Assembly: GCA_036785375.1 (NCBI GenBank)
Contig: JAWMAR010000106.1
Span: forward strand, 1,240,001-1,304,000
DNA length: 64,000 nt
Direction of reading: 5' to 3'
Source of the DNA: Leucoraja ocellata
Taxonomy: Eukaryota
In this document: positions 50,223 to 63,293 of the stretch, piece by piece
Position numbering within the stretch: position 1 is the first letter of the stretch
How the letters are laid out: each line of letters starts with the position of its first letter
Notes under the pieces: generated by a model
What the model saw: only the letters and a program-made list of their open reading frames with translations
The model's database searches: none
Told to the model about the DNA's origin: nothing
Position numbers and translations under genes: made by a program

Positions 50223-51260
50223 GTAAGGACGGACAGCCTCTCCCTCACACACCACTGCTCCCACCATTCACAAGATACAATTTGATGGCACTGGGCCTGT
50301 ACTTGCTGGAGTTTAGAAGGATGAGGGGGAGGACCTCATTGAAACATACAGAATAGTGAAAGGCCTGGATAGAGTGGATGAGGAGAGGAGGTTTCCACTA
50401 GTGGGAGAGTCTAGGACCAGAGGGCACAGCTTCAGAATTAACTGAAGTTCCTTTAGGAAGGAGATGAGGAGGAATTTATTTCGCCAGAGGGTGGTGAATC
50501 TGTGGAATTCATTGCCACAGAAGGCTGTGGAGGCCAAGTCAGTGGACATTTTTAAGGTGGAGATGGATAGGTTCTTGATTGATCCAGGAGAATGGGATAG
50601 AGAGGGAAAGATAGATAGATCAGCCTTGATTGAATGGTGAAGAAAAAGGTTGGGAGACATTTCGGGTGGGGAACTTATTCAGAATGTTCAACAGACATGA
50701 AACGTCACCCATCCCTTTTCTCCAGAGATGCTGCCTGACCAGCTGAGTTACTCCAACACTCTGTGTGTATTAGCGGAATGGTAATATGAGGCAATAAACT
50801 AAACATGATTTAAAAAATCTTCTTGTTCCTTTTAAATGGACAAACGACACCCCTCCTAACATTGCACAGATCACCTCGTATAGAGGGGGGGGGGGGGGGG
50901 GGGGGGGCAAGCACTCAGCCAGTAGCGTGGATCAGCTCACAGAGATTTGACGATGCCTTCAATCTTTACCAAGTCAGTGGATATTTTTAAGGCAGAGATA
51001 GACGATTTTTTTATTGGAACGGGTGTCAAGGGTTATGGGGAGAAGGCAGAACAATGGGGTTAGGGGGCAGAGATCAGCCATGATTGAATGGTGGAGGAGA
51101 GGGGGATGGAGAGGTGGAGGGGGAGTGAGGGAGGAGTGAGGTGAGGGAGAGGGGGGGGGTGGTAGAGAGGAGGTGGGTGGGGGAGGGAGGGAGCAGAGGT
51201 GCAGGTGAGAATAGTTGTGTAAAGCGTTGATGTTGAATGTCACCATTGTGTGTTGATCAG

Positions 51261-51341
51261 GATGGCACTGAAGTGGTGGTGAAGGAGGTGTTACCAGGGG
51301 ACAGCGTACACAGTCTCCTCAGTATCCTCGACGTCATTACG
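51261..51341 (+). CDS. PNPLA7: PNPLA7 exon
   Basis: gatcag| [27 protein letters not shown] |gtgagt. Confidence 0.97.
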
Positions 51342-52962
51342 GTGAGTGAACCCAGCACGACAGCAGAAGGCCATGTTATTTATGACTGAACTAAAGACCT
51401 GTAGGGCAGTTTTGATTTGTATTGTGTACCGACAGTGGTGCTCCAGCTAGCATTAATTGTTGTACAATATTTAATACAACTTTGTAGGTTTCTATGAATA
51501 AAATGACTCAACGCTGATTTATTTTGCATAATGCACCATAATTTTCCTCCTACGATCCAGGGATTAATTACTGCCATGTACAGGAAGGAACTTCAGATGC
51601 TGGTTTACACCGAAGACAGACACACAATGCTGGAGTAACTCAGCGGGTCAGGCAGCATCTGTGGAGAACGTGGATAGGTGTGTGAAGAAGGTGTCTCAAC
51701 CCCAATACATCACCTATCCGCATTCGCTACAGATGATGTTGTGACCTGCTGAGTTGCTCCAGTACTTTGTATCCTTTAGTGCATTAACTGACATCTGCAG
51801 TTCCTCGATTCTACAGAAGACAGACACACACAATGCTGGAGTAACTCAGCAGGACAGGCAGCATCTCTGGAGAGAAGGAATGGGTGACGTTTCGGGTCGA
51901 GATAGACACTTCTCAACCCGAGACGTCACCCATTCCTTCTCTGGAGTAATTACTACCATGTTTGGTCATGTTTTTGAGCTGATTCTCCGTTTTGGTGCAC
52001 AGAGTTAACAATGTTTTGCTCTCATCCACCGCACATACTGACATCTTCACCATTAGCCTTTTAAGTCCCAGAATGAGCCAGTCTAAAGAATGGTCTCAAC
52101 CCAAAACCTCACCCATTCCTTCTCTCCAGCGATGCTGAGTTACTGCAGCACTTTGTGTGTCTCTCTCCAATATGAAACTTGTTGTAGTGGGTTAAGTTCT
52201 ACACCATTGCAGAATAAAGCACCATTGAACCATGAACCATTGAGTCTGAAGAAGGGTCTCAACCCGAAACATCACCTATTCCTTTTCCCCAGAGATGCTG
52301 CCTGACCCGCTGAGTTCCTCTAGGTTTATGTGTCTTATCATTGAACCATTGGCTCTGCTGCATTCTAATCAATTCCTCTTTATTGCAGTGAATATATCTT
52401 GTCTTCAGACAATGATTATTTTTCTATTCCTGATGTTTCTGCGTAGGGTTACTAGAGTACCAATAACTCTTTGTTTTTTCATTCATAACCATCCTAGGCA
52501 ACATGTGTTGGTGTGGTTTGGGTTTTGAGACACGCCAGAAGCAGCTTGTGCTCAGTACACACTTGTGTATCTTTAAGTTGGGGCAGCTGGGAGTGAATAG
52601 TTGCAGGAACTCTGACACAATCCCACCTCCAACACACAGAGCTAAGACACTGAGACCCAGACTCATTCTATCCTGGGGAGAACATTTCAAAGCTTTGCCC
52701 TGGCTTTTCTTGCTGCATGGTTTAAATCTGATTGAAGATAGACACAAAAAGCTGGAGTAACTCAGCGGTTCAGGCAGCATCTCTGGAGAGAAGGAATAGG
52801 TGATATTTCGTGCCTTCAGATATTAAATTTGATTGACCTGGCTTTGCTGTTTAGGTCGAGTAACTTATGTCCCCTTGTGGCCAGTCAGATAACCAACCCT
52901 AAACGTCAGCCCTGCAACTATATTTCTGTTCGTATGTCCCAATTAGTTTATGATCATCAATA

Positions 52963-53260
52963 GTTTAGACTTTAGGGATACAATGCAGATACAGGCCCTT
53001 TGGCCCACCGAGTCCGCGCTGAACAGCGATCACCCCAAACACTAGCACCTTCCTACACCATTTACAATTATACCAAAGCCAGTTAACCTAAAAACCTGCA
53101 CGTCGTTGGAGTGTGGTGGGAAACCGTAGCACCTGGAGGAAACCCGCGTGGTCCCAGGGAGAAAGTACAGACTCTGTACAGACAGCACCCGTAGTCAGGC
53201 AGCTGTAACGTAGCCGGCGCTGTAAGGCAGCAACTCTACCACTGCGCCACCGTGCTGCCC
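52963..53260 (-). mobile_element. HE1/V-SINE-type SINE
   Basis: Reverse complement starts GGGCAGCACGGTGGCGCAGTGGTAGAG, then the V-domain and tail. Further copies at about 35698, 37090, 38877, 39455, 40410, 59630 and 60860. Confidence 0.85.
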
Positions 53261-54132
53261 AATACTTAATCAATGTTTGAAATGTTTTATGTTCCTGTGC
53301 TACATTGCTGGGATATCTCCTGTACTTCTAGACACCGCTTTTCTGTCTCTCTTTTGTAAAGTTTGTGGCTTAATATAAAATAAGAAAAGAAGTCAATTTG
53401 GCACAGTTGAAATTAGAATGCTGGAACTTCCACAGAGGTCTTTGTGTGCTGGTTTTAACCAAGTTCAAAATATCAATTTCCTCTAAATGTGAAGTGAAAT
53501 GTCAGTAACAATGTTAAACTTTAAAGGTGTCGGAAGTTGAGTTATAAGTTTGCAAGTAATAAAAATGATTTAAAGTTGGTTTAGTTTTCATTCCTTATGA
53601 TGATTGTTTAATTGTATCCCCATCTTTAATACTGTGTGTGCTGCTCTAAGTAGCCCCAGGGAATTTAGTTCCCATTATGGTTGTATTTTACAATAGTAGT
53701 AGAAATTTTACTGAACATGAACTAGTTGCTAAAAACATAGTTGTGAAGATTGATTTTTAATGAGATTTCTCTGCTCTGGTTCTCTTGAAGTGGCCGAACA
53801 ATTGCACTTGAGTTTTCTCATCAGCATTGATCACGCTGACAAAAAGCGCTGATGCCACCATGTTTCATATTTAGTTTATGTGTAGGAAGGAGCTACAGAT
53901 GCTGGTTTAAATCGGATAGACACAAAATGCTGGAGTAACTCAGCCGGACAGGCAGCATCTCAGATGAGAAGGAATGGGTGACGTTTAGGGTCGAGACCCT
54001 TCAGTCTGAAGAAGGGTCTTGATCCGAAATGGCAACCATTCTTGCTTAGTTTAGTTTAGAGATAAAGGGCAGAAACAGGCCCTTCAGCCCACCGAGTCCA
54101 TGCCGACCAGCGATCCCTGCACACTAACATCT

Positions 54133-54903
54133 GTGTATTATCTAAATGGTGACCGATTGGGAAAGGGGGAGATGCAGCGAGACCTGGGTGTCATGGTACA
54201 CCAGTCATTGAAGGTAGGCATGCAGGTGCAGCAGGCAGTAAAGAAAGCGAATGGTATGTTAGCTTTCATTGCAAAAGGATTTGAGTATAGGAGCAGGGAG
54301 GTTCTACTGCAGTTGTACAGGGTCTTGGTGAGACCACACCTGGAGTATTGTGTACAGTTTTGGTCTCCAAATCTGAGGAAGGACATTATTGCCATAGAGG
54401 GAGTGCAGAGACGGTTCACCAGACTGATTCCTGGGATGTCAGGACTGTCTTATGAAGAAAGACTGGATAGACTTGGTTTATACTCTCTAGAGTTTAGAAG
54501 ATTGAGAGGGGATCTTATAGAAACTTACAAAATTCTTAAGGGGTTGGACAGGCTAGATGCAGGAAGATTGTTCCCGATGTTAGGGAAGTCCAGGACAAGG
54601 GGTCACAGCTTAAGGATAAGGGGGAAATCCTTTAAAACCGAGATGAGAAGAACTTTTTTCACACAGAGAGTGGTGAATCTCTGGAACTCTCTGCCACAGA
54701 GGGTAGTTGAGGCCAGTTCATTGGCTATATTTAAGAGGGAGTTAGATGTGGCCCTTGTGGCTAAGGGGATCAGGGGGTATGGAGAGAAGGCAGGTACGGG
54801 ATACTGAGTTGGATGATCAGCCATGATCATATTGAATGGCGGTGCAGGCTCGAAGGGCCGAATGGCCTACTCCTGCACCTAATTTCTATGTTTCTATGTT
54901 TCT
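54133..54903 (+). mobile_element. Young 5'-truncated CR1 with an undisrupted ORF2 C-terminus, inserted in a SINE
   Basis: Stop-free YYLNGDRL...RDLGV...[14 protein letters not shown]...RRLRGDLIETYKIL...WNSLP...GTGY*, tail (TTTCTATG)n. SINE halves flank it. Confidence 0.95.
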
Positions 54904-55039
54904 AAACACACCAGGGACAATTTACATTTATACCAAGCCAACGGCGGTGTAGTGGTAGAGTTGCCGACTTACAGCGTCAGAGACCTGGGTTCGATCCTGA
55001 CTCCGTGCTGTCTGTATGGAGTTTGGCAAGCTCTGGTTT

Positions 55040-55444
55040 CATAGAAACATAGAAATTAGGTGCAGGAGTAGGCCATTCGGCCCTTCGAGCCTGCACCGCC
55101 ATTCAATATGATCATGACTGATCATCCAACTCAGTATCCCGTACCTGCCTTCTCTCCATACCCCCTGATCCCTTTAGCCACAAGGGCCACATCTAACTCC
55201 CTCTTAAATATAGTCAATGAACTGTGGCCTCAACTACCTTCTGTGGCAGAGAGTTCCAGAGATTCACCACACTCTGTGCAAAATGTTTTTCTCATCTCGG
55301 TCCTAAAGGATTTCCCCTCTATCCTTAAGCTGTGACCCCTTGTCCTGGACTTCCCCAACATCGGGAACAATCTTCCTGCATCTAGCCTGTCCAACCCCTT
55401 AAGAATTTTGTAGGTTTCTATAAGATCCCCCCTCAATCTCCTAA
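55040..55444 (-). mobile_element. Second young CR1 3' end, inverted relative to the previous copy, inserted in another SINE
   Basis: Reverse complement of 54494-54898 with few mismatches. Confidence 0.95.
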
Positions 55445-55949
55445 TTTCCTCCCACACTCCAAAGATGTACAGGTTTGTAGGCTACTTGGTTTGGTAAAAA
55501 TGTAAAAAAGGCACAGTCTGCCAGCAGCTTCTAAATCACAACTTGTCACCTGCTTTGATGTTTGTAACCAGATGAAATCAAGCACTCTTTTACCCAGAGT
55601 AGGGGAATCAAAAACCAGAGGACATAAGTTTAAGGTGAGGGAGAAAGATTTGATATGACCTCAGGGACAATGTTTCACATAAACAGTGGTGGGTGTATGG
55701 AATGAGCTGCCGGAGGAGTTAGTTGGAGGTAAAAAACACTTGGACAGGTATATGGATAGGATAGGACAGATTTAGAGGAATATGGGCCAAATGCAGGCAA
55801 GTGGGACAAGTAAATACATGTTGGTCGGTGTGGGCAAATTGGGCCGAAGGACCTGTTTTCACGCTGTATGACTGAGTGTGACCCAGTGAGCAGTATAGGT
55901 ACATATAGGTACATATATGTGTTCAACTATTGTTTTCTTGCATTTCTAG

Positions 55950-56078
55950 GGTTATCCTTCTCCCTATAAAACCGTTTCTGCCAGGGCCATGCAAACATCC
56001 ACCGTTCTGCGTTTGCCAGCCAGCGCCTTTCAGTCAGTCTTCCAAAAGTACCCGGAAACCCTGGTGCGAGTGATTCAG
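55950..56078 (+). CDS. PNPLA7: PNPLA7 exon
   Basis: ttctag| [43 protein letters not shown] |gtaagg. Confidence 0.97.
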
Positions 56079-56137
56079 GTAAGGATCTATTAGTTTCACG
56101 GGAAACTCGGCTGTTGCTGATGTTTGACGAAGGATAA

Positions 56138-56347
<210 letters not shown>

Positions 56348-57227
56348 TGACATCCTCTCCACGTCCACTCTATCCTGGCCTTTCACTATTCGATAAGTTT
56401 CAATGAGGTACCCCCTCATCCTTCTAAACTGCAGCGAGCTGTCAAACACTCATCATATGTTAATACAGTTCAAGAAGGTGGAATGAGTCGAGGAATAAAT
56501 GTGTTAAATGAGATGGAAGACATTAGGCACATTTAAAGGTTCGTAGAAATCTGGGGGTAAAGGACTTGAAGCAATTAATTCAGATGAATCCGAACCAAAA
56601 CATCATTAAATCTTAAACTGCTTGATATGTTGATTTCTCTATTTAATTGTTTCTACCTAAATATGAACGATCTCATTAATAGTGCTCATGCAGCATTAGC
56701 AGCTGCTGCCCCTCACAATCTAACGCTTCTGAAACCTTCTCTCAGCAAGGAGAGAGATTGTAGCCACATACATGCCTGCCCCACATATATCTGCAAATAT
56801 TTTAACACCAACTGTACCATACATTCTCACTGAGGGCAGTGATGGTTTGGTGTGAAAACCCTTTGGGATGAGTGTGGACTGAAGGGCCTGTTTCCATGCT
56901 GGATCTCCAAAAAAGCTTGGATTCTAATAATACCCCTAGCTGGAAATTAAAAAATGCATATTTGTTGGCGATGTTGTGTCATCTTAAGGAGCTTTGATGG
57001 TGTCTGAATGGGCGGACAGTGCGTTAAGTGTAAATAGATACAAAGGGTCAGGCAGCATCTCTGAAGAAAATGGATGGGTGACGTTTTGGGTCGGGACTTC
57101 CTCTGACGGCCTTCTACCCTCTCTAGACCTTTTTATTTCCAGTTTATTTCCCCACCCCCACCTCTACTTTCAGTCTGAAGAAGGGTCCCGACCCAAAACC
57201 TCGCGCATCCTTTGTCTACAGAGGTGC

Positions 57228-57650
57228 TGTCTGACCCGCTGAGTTACTCCAGCACCATCGTGTCTGACCCGCTAAGTTACTCCAGCACCATCGTGTCTGA
57301 CCTGCTGAGTTACTCCAGTACTTTGTGTCTGACCTGCTGAGTTACTCCAGCACCATCGTGTCTGACCTGCTGAGTTACTCCAGCACCATCGTGTCTGACC
57401 TGCTGAGTTACTCCAGCACCATCGTGTCTGACCTGCTGAGTTACTCCAGCACCATCGTGTCTGACCTGCTGAATTACTCCAGCACCATCGTGTCTGACCT
57501 GCTGAATTACTCCAGCACCATCGTGCCTGACCTGCTGAGTTACTCCAGCACCATCGTGTCTGACCTGCTGAGTTACTCCAGCACCTCGTGTCTGACCCGC
57601 TGAGTTACTCCAGCACCTCGTGTCTGACCCGCTGAGTTACTCCAGCACCT
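57228..57650 (+). repeat. About 33-bp minisatellite (about 13 copies) derived from the Penelope-type pLTR
   Basis: Unit TGTCTGACCTGCTGAGTTACTCCAGCACCATCG, directly following a pLTR start at about 57172. Confidence 0.93.
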
Positions 57651-57666
57651 TATGTCGATCTATGAC

Positions 57667-57879
57667 CAAGGTTTCCCAACCTATTTTGGCCCGTTTACCC
57701 CCGGCAACTTTAATAGCACATAACAATGTTATGTCACTTATTGATGAACAGATGATGAACAGATACTGGTATACCTGAACCAAGCACAGTCAGCCAATGA
57801 GAAAAAATATGTACAAATTCAGAATCAACAAATTGACCCCCTGGGTAGTTGAAATTTACCCCGGGATTGGGAACCCTTG
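57667..57879. mobile_element. hAT-like MITE
   Basis: Termini CAAGGTTTCCCAA / TTGGGAACCCTTG. Flanks TCTATGAC / GTCTATAG resemble a degenerate hAT target. Confidence 0.6.
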
Positions 57880-58201
57880 GTCTATAGTTTCAGTTTAGTT
57901 TATTGCCACGTGAACTGAGGTACAGTGAAAAGATGGATATACCAGCATCTGCACTGCTTTGGTAGGCACAAAAAGGTGGAGTAACTCAGCGGGTGAGGCA
58001 GCATCTATGGAGCGAAGGAATAGGTGACGTCCCCATCCCCCACACAAAAAGACTAAAAGGCCTCCAAAACAAAACCTTTTGACAAAATTGAATATATTAA
58101 AAAAAGGTGAAGGAGGAGGCTGCAGACGAGGCTGCCACACTGGATGGTGTCTCCACTCCGTTAATTCTCCATTCATTGTAAAGATGATTCATTTGCTGCA
58201 G

Positions 58202-58358
58202 GAAAGCCAAGCCATCCCCTTGCTGTCCTTGTCCAACATCTCGGTGCCCAGTCCCAGCAAGGCAACCAAACGGCAAGTCAGCGCCCCAGTGCTGGAGGAC
58301 GACAGCTGGGAGAAAGCAAACCGCGGTGGCGATGGCCCAGGGCACGGTGTGGACGCAG
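58202..58358 (+). CDS. PNPLA7: PNPLA7 exon (linker after cNMP domain 1)
   Basis: ctgcag| ESQAIPLLSLSNISVPSPSKATKRQV...GHGVDA |gtacga. ESQAIPL is conserved. Phase 0 to 1. Confidence 0.9.
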
Positions 58359-58416
58359 GTACGAGGCTTCCGTCTTACTCTAACTCACGGGCAGATAATG
58401 ATTCCTGCTGCTGCCT

Positions 58417-58760
58417 GATCTCCCGGTTGCCAAACACTTTAACTCCCCTGGTAGACACAAGATGCTGGAGTAACTCAGCGAGTGAGGCAGCATCTGTGGA
58501 GACGACCCGAAACGTCACCCATCCCTTCTCTCCAGAGATGCTGCCTCACCCGCTGAGTTACTCCAGCATTTTGTGTCTACCTTCGATTTTATCCAGCATC
58601 TGCAGTTCTTTCTCACACACTTTAACTCCCCTTCCCATTCCCACACTGTCCTTTCTGTCCTGGGCCTCCTCCACTGTCAGCGTGAGGCCCAGCACAAATG
58701 ATATGAACACCACCTCATATTTTGCTTGGGTGGCTTACAGCCCAGTGGTATGAATATTGC
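58417..58760 (+). mobile_element. Penelope-like GIY-YIG endonuclease C-terminal remnant split by a non-autonomous fold-back insert
   Basis: DLPVAKHFNSP | FNSPSHSHT.LSVLGLLHCQ.EAQ...HLIF.LG.LQPSGMNI. ACACTTTAACTCCCCT is duplicated at 58434-58449 and 58617-58632. Confidence 0.8.
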
Positions 58761-60124
58761 AGATAGACACACAAAGCTGGAGTAACTCAGGGGGACAGGC
58801 AGCATCTCTGGAGAGAAAGAATGGGTGATGTTTTGGGTCAAGACCCTTTTCTGTCTGAAGAAGGCTCAAGACCCGAAATGTCACCTATTCCTTTTCTCTC
58901 CAGAGATGCTGCCTGTCCCACTGAGTTACTGCAGCTTTTTGTGTCTATCTTCAATATTCGGTTTAAACCAGCATCTGCAGTTCCTTCCTACACATTGCAG
59001 CCGTTTTGCATTCATGATGTCAAATGTTGCCTTTATGGGCAGCATTCCATGCTTCAGTTACTGTTTGGTGTATTACTTTACTCATTTAGTTTCTTGTTGT
59101 CAAGTGCATTGAGAAAACATTACAATGGTTTGAAGTAGCAGTAATATGTACTTGATGGTGCATATTTGTGGTGCTTGGCGGGATATGGGGAGAAGGCAGG
59201 AACGGGGGACTGATTGGGGATGATCAGCCATGATCACATTGAATGGCGGTGCTGGCTCGAAGGGCCGAACGGCCTACTCCTGCACCTATTGTCTATTGTT
59301 AAGACAGCAATAACAAAGATGATACCATTGAGAAATTTCCATCGGACATTACAAGTGGCATTGTTGTTTTGTGGAAGGCAGTTTTATGATCACTGAAAAA
59401 TTAATGATTCTTTTTTCTTGACGTATAACACACACAGTGACAAAGGAAATGTCCCATAGTTTGCGTCAGCAATCTTTAATGTTTCTTTTGACATATTTAT
59501 TAAATATCCTTGGAAACACACGATTTATCCTTGACCCTAAAGGGATGTTCAGTGGAGAGGAACAGAAACAAAGGAGTGAATGTCGGCGTGTGGGTCATTT
59601 ATAGAGGGTGCTCAAGGACAAAAACTAATAGTGGCCCGGCATTACAGCGACTGCCTCACAAGGCCAGAGACCCGGGCGCTGTCTGTGTGGGGTTTGTAGG
59701 TTCTCCCCGTGACCTGCGTGGGTTTTCTCCGAGATTTTCGATTACCTTCCACACTCCAAAGAGGTACAGGTTTGCTGGTAAATTGGCTTGGTGTGAATGC
59801 ACAATTGACCCTAGTGTGTGTTGGGTAGTATTAGTGGGCAGGGATCGCTGGTCGGTGATGACTCAGTGGGCAGAAAGGGCCTGTTCCCCCGCTGTATCTC
59901 TAAACTAAAACTAAAATCTAATCGTGGCTTGTGCACCAGAATGAGTTGTTAGATGGAATCTAATCATGGAGCTCAGACGGTTCATTAATGGTCCAAATGA
60001 TTTCCGGAAGAGTGTGTTGATTATGAATCAAAAGGATTGCAATAGTTTATTCAGCTGCAAGTCCTTCAAGGGTGATTTACTGATGAGTGTCACGAGTTAC
60101 GAGCTCAGTGTAGAGATAGTTGGT

Positions 60125-60665
60125 CAGGCTAGAGGCAGGAAAAATGTTCCCCATGTTGGGGGAGTCCAGAGCCAGGGGTCACAGTTTAACAATAAGGGGT
60201 AGGTGGACAAAAAAGCTGGAGAAACTCAGCGGGCGAGGCAGCATCTATGTAGCGAAAGAATAGGTGATGTCGCCGATTCCTTTGCTCCAGAGATGCTGCC
60301 TCACCCACTGAGTTTCTCCAGCTTTTTTGTCTACCTTCGATTTTTCCAGCATGTGCAGTTCTTTCTTAAACAAGAATAAGGGGTCGGCCATTTAGAACTG
60401 AGATGAGGGAAACATCTTTCACCCAGAGAGTTGTGAATCTGTGGAATTCTCTGCCACAGAAGGCAGTGGAGGCCGATTCACTGGATGTTTTCAAGAGGGA
60501 GTTAGATTTAGCTCTTAGGGCTAACGGAATCAAGGGATATGGGGAGAAAGCAGGAACGGGGTACTGATTGTGGATGATCAGCCATTATCATATTGAATGG
60601 CGGTGCTGGCTCGAAGAGCAGAATGGGCTAGTCCTGCACCTATTTTTCTATTTTTCCATGTTTTT
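60125..60665 (+). mobile_element. CR1 3' end split by a Penelope-derived fold-back insert
   Basis: The CR1 sequence breaks at AATAAGGGGT (about 60191) and resumes at about 60376. Confidence 0.8.
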
Positions 60666-61207
60666 ATGTAGACAAGGTGACTTGCCCAGCAATGGTCATT
60701 GAACTATGGGTGAAAATGAGGGGGAAGGAACTACACGTGCTAAAATATTGAGATATTGTTTTGATACGTCATTTTGTTTAATATCCGGTTCTGAAAATAT
60801 CACAGGAGATTGTTCCAACCAGACATGTCCCTTTCTCTCTCATTTCTCTTTAGACATTAAACTTTAGAGATACAGTGCGGAAACATGCCTTTTGACCCAC
60901 TGAGTCCACACCGATTGGCGATCACCCCGTACACTAGCGCTGCCCTACACACACTGGGGACAATTTACAATTTTTTTCCAAGCCAATTAATCTACAAACC
61001 TGCACGTCTTTGGAAAGTGTGAGGGAACTGGAAGGGCCTGTTTCTGCACAGTATGACTCTATGACTCTCTATCCCCACCTCCCTCCAAATCCAGCGGACC
61101 TTTAATGCTCAATGTGGTGTTGCAGGTTATTGGGAATTTGTATCGTGTGTTATTGGATTAATGAACAGTTCTTTTTGCTGGGAAGTAATTGCCTTTTCAC
61201 ATTGCAG

Positions 61208-61314
61208 GAGGATTGGCGGGTGGTAAATCTGACATGAACACAGCGTGTGAGAGAGCAAGGGTCAGTCTGGTGGCAGAAGAGCACTGCTCCAGTCCTGCAT
61301 TGTCTGGTATTAAG
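61208..61314 (+). CDS. PNPLA7: PNPLA7 exon
   Basis: ttgcag| GGLAGGKSDMNTACERARVSLVAEEHCSSPALSGIK |gtaaat. Matches human SDLGMACDRARV. Phase 1 to 0. Confidence 0.9.
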
Positions 61315-61863
61315 GTAAATATCACATTGTACAACAGTTAATGAAACTGAGTTATGGGCGACTGAAGATGGATACAAATTGCTGGAGCAACTCAGTGGGA
61401 CAGGCAGCTTCTCTGGAGAGAAGCAATGGGTGAAGTTTCGGGTCGAGACCCTTCTTCAGGTCGTTAGTGAAGCCTGCAGCAGAGGCAGACCAAGTTGGGC
61501 ATCACTAACAAAGGGAAAAAATAGCATCCTGCTCTAAATCATCAAGGATCTTGGATTTGCCATTCTGGTAGTTAGCCCCGTTATAAATAGTTTGATTGAT
61601 TCAGCACGATAGAGAATCGTAATGTTAATATTATAAAAGTTGGAGCTGCTATGAAATTAAAAAAACTGAAATACTGGGCATGCACAGCTGGTTTGCCAGA
61701 GATGCTGCCTGACCTGCTGATAATCTCTGAACTCTAGAGACTCGGGGCATTGGCTTTGTCTTTCTGCACTATTATTGTTGTGCTGCCGCAAGTGAGAATT
61801 TCACTGTTCTGGCCGGGACATGTGCCAATAAAACACTCTGGACTCTTGAGTTACTCCAGCACT

Positions 61864-62043
61864 NNNNNNNNNNNNNNNNNNNNNNNNNNNNNNNNNNNNN
61901 NNNNNNNNNNNNNNNNNNNNNNNNNNNNNNNNNNNNNNNNNNNNNNNNNNNNNNNNNNNNNNNNNNNNNNNNNNNNNNNNNNNNNNNNNNNNNNNNNNNN
62001 NNNNNNNNNNNNNNNNNNNNNNNNNNNNNNNNNNNNNNNNNNN
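61864..62043. other. Assembly gap (180 N)
   Basis: Run of N. Confidence 1.
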
Positions 62044-62556
62044 TATATTGAATTTTGCTGGAATAACTCAGCGGGACAGGCAGTATCTCTGGAGAGAATG
62101 AATGGGTGACGTTACATACATACAATTGAACCAGCCTATCACCAACTAGAGAGTAGACGTGACCAATGGTCTATATCATTGGATACCCTTAACGTTTAAT
62201 CAGACTTTACTGGACTTTATCTTGCACTAAACGCTACTCCCTTTATCCTGTATCTACACTGTGGACGGCTTGATTGTAATCATGTATAGTCTTTCCATTG
62301 ATTGGATACAATGCAAGAAAAATGCTTTGCACTGTATCTCGGTACACATGACAATAAAATAAACATTTCTATAAAATATTCAAAGGTAGACAAAAATGCT
62401 GGAGAAACTCAGCGGGTGAGGCAGCAGCTGTGGAGCGAAGGAAATAGGCGACGAAACGCTCCATAGATGCTGCCTCACCCACTGAGTTTCTCCAGCATTT
62501 TTGTCTACCTTCGATTTCTCCAGCATCTGCAGTTCCTTCTTAAATATAAAATATTA

Positions 62557-63023
62557 TGCGGAGCTGTGGCTGCGGGCGTCCGGCCGCGGGCTGCGCTGGA
62601 TTTGGAGCGCCGCGCAGCCAGGGGTAGAGTTGCCGGGGTCGGAGCTACAACCGGCGCAGCCCCAGCTCCGCGATGTTGGGAGTCGGCGGCCACAGCGCTC
62701 CGGAGCTTACCGCACGGCGACCCGGTAAGGCATTGCCTGCTCCCCGCCTCTCCGAACAGGTAGGGCACTAAGACCCCCCCCCCCCCCCTCCCCCTTCGCA
62801 TAAAAGCGCTCCAAACTAACTGACTAACATTTAAGCAATGATGTCTCCCCGGTCTCCGGGAGGAGGCAGCCACTACAGTAGTACAGATCTGGGATGACCG
62901 TGGGTCATTTCGGATCAAGTTTGGCACCAAACGCGAGCTTTGGTGTGCAGACGACATCCTGGAAAAAATGTCCGGTTTTCGGAGCTTTTCGGTTTCCGGA
63001 ACTCCGGATAAACGGTTGTGCAC

Positions 63024-63026
<3 letters not shown>
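62557..63026 (-). mobile_element. CpG-rich Tc1/mariner-superfamily-like non-autonomous element, one terminus visible, followed by (TA)n
   Basis: Ends CCGGATAAACGGTTGTGCACCTG|TATATA.... The other end is not found. Confidence 0.55.
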
Positions 63027-63059
<33 letters not shown>

Positions 63060-63086
63060 CTGACTTTAATTCTTCTGTTTCAATAG

Positions 63087-63239
63087 TCCACAGTGAAGAA
63101 GAGCGTGACTATGCTGGAGCAGCCCAGCGTTTACCATTACACTGAGGGTGAGGACCACACTGGCATACAGGTCACCAACCATAAACAACAGATCCTAGAG
63201 GCTGGCAAGAAGGATCTCCTAACTTTGATGAAACTAGAT
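63087..63239 (+). CDS. PNPLA7: PNPLA7 exon (gene continues beyond the window)
   Basis: caatag| STVKKSVTMLEQPSVYHYTEGEDH...ILEAGKKDLLTLMKLD |gtaagt. KKDLLTLMKL is conserved. Confidence 0.93.
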
Positions 63240-63293
63240 GTAAGTTCTAAAATACTTGCCTCAGCCGACCTTTTTATCAAAACAAACGTGGTA

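Noticed and set aside
50885-51200. Poly-G run and purine-rich tract before exon 51261
   Set aside because: Simple low-complexity sequence, common in this window, and homopolymer lengths are error-prone.
54100-54807. 235-aa ORF as a host or domesticated gene
   Set aside because: It is the C-terminus of CR1 ORF2 fused by chance to an ATG in the flanking SINE. Near-identical copies elsewhere show recency, not domestication.
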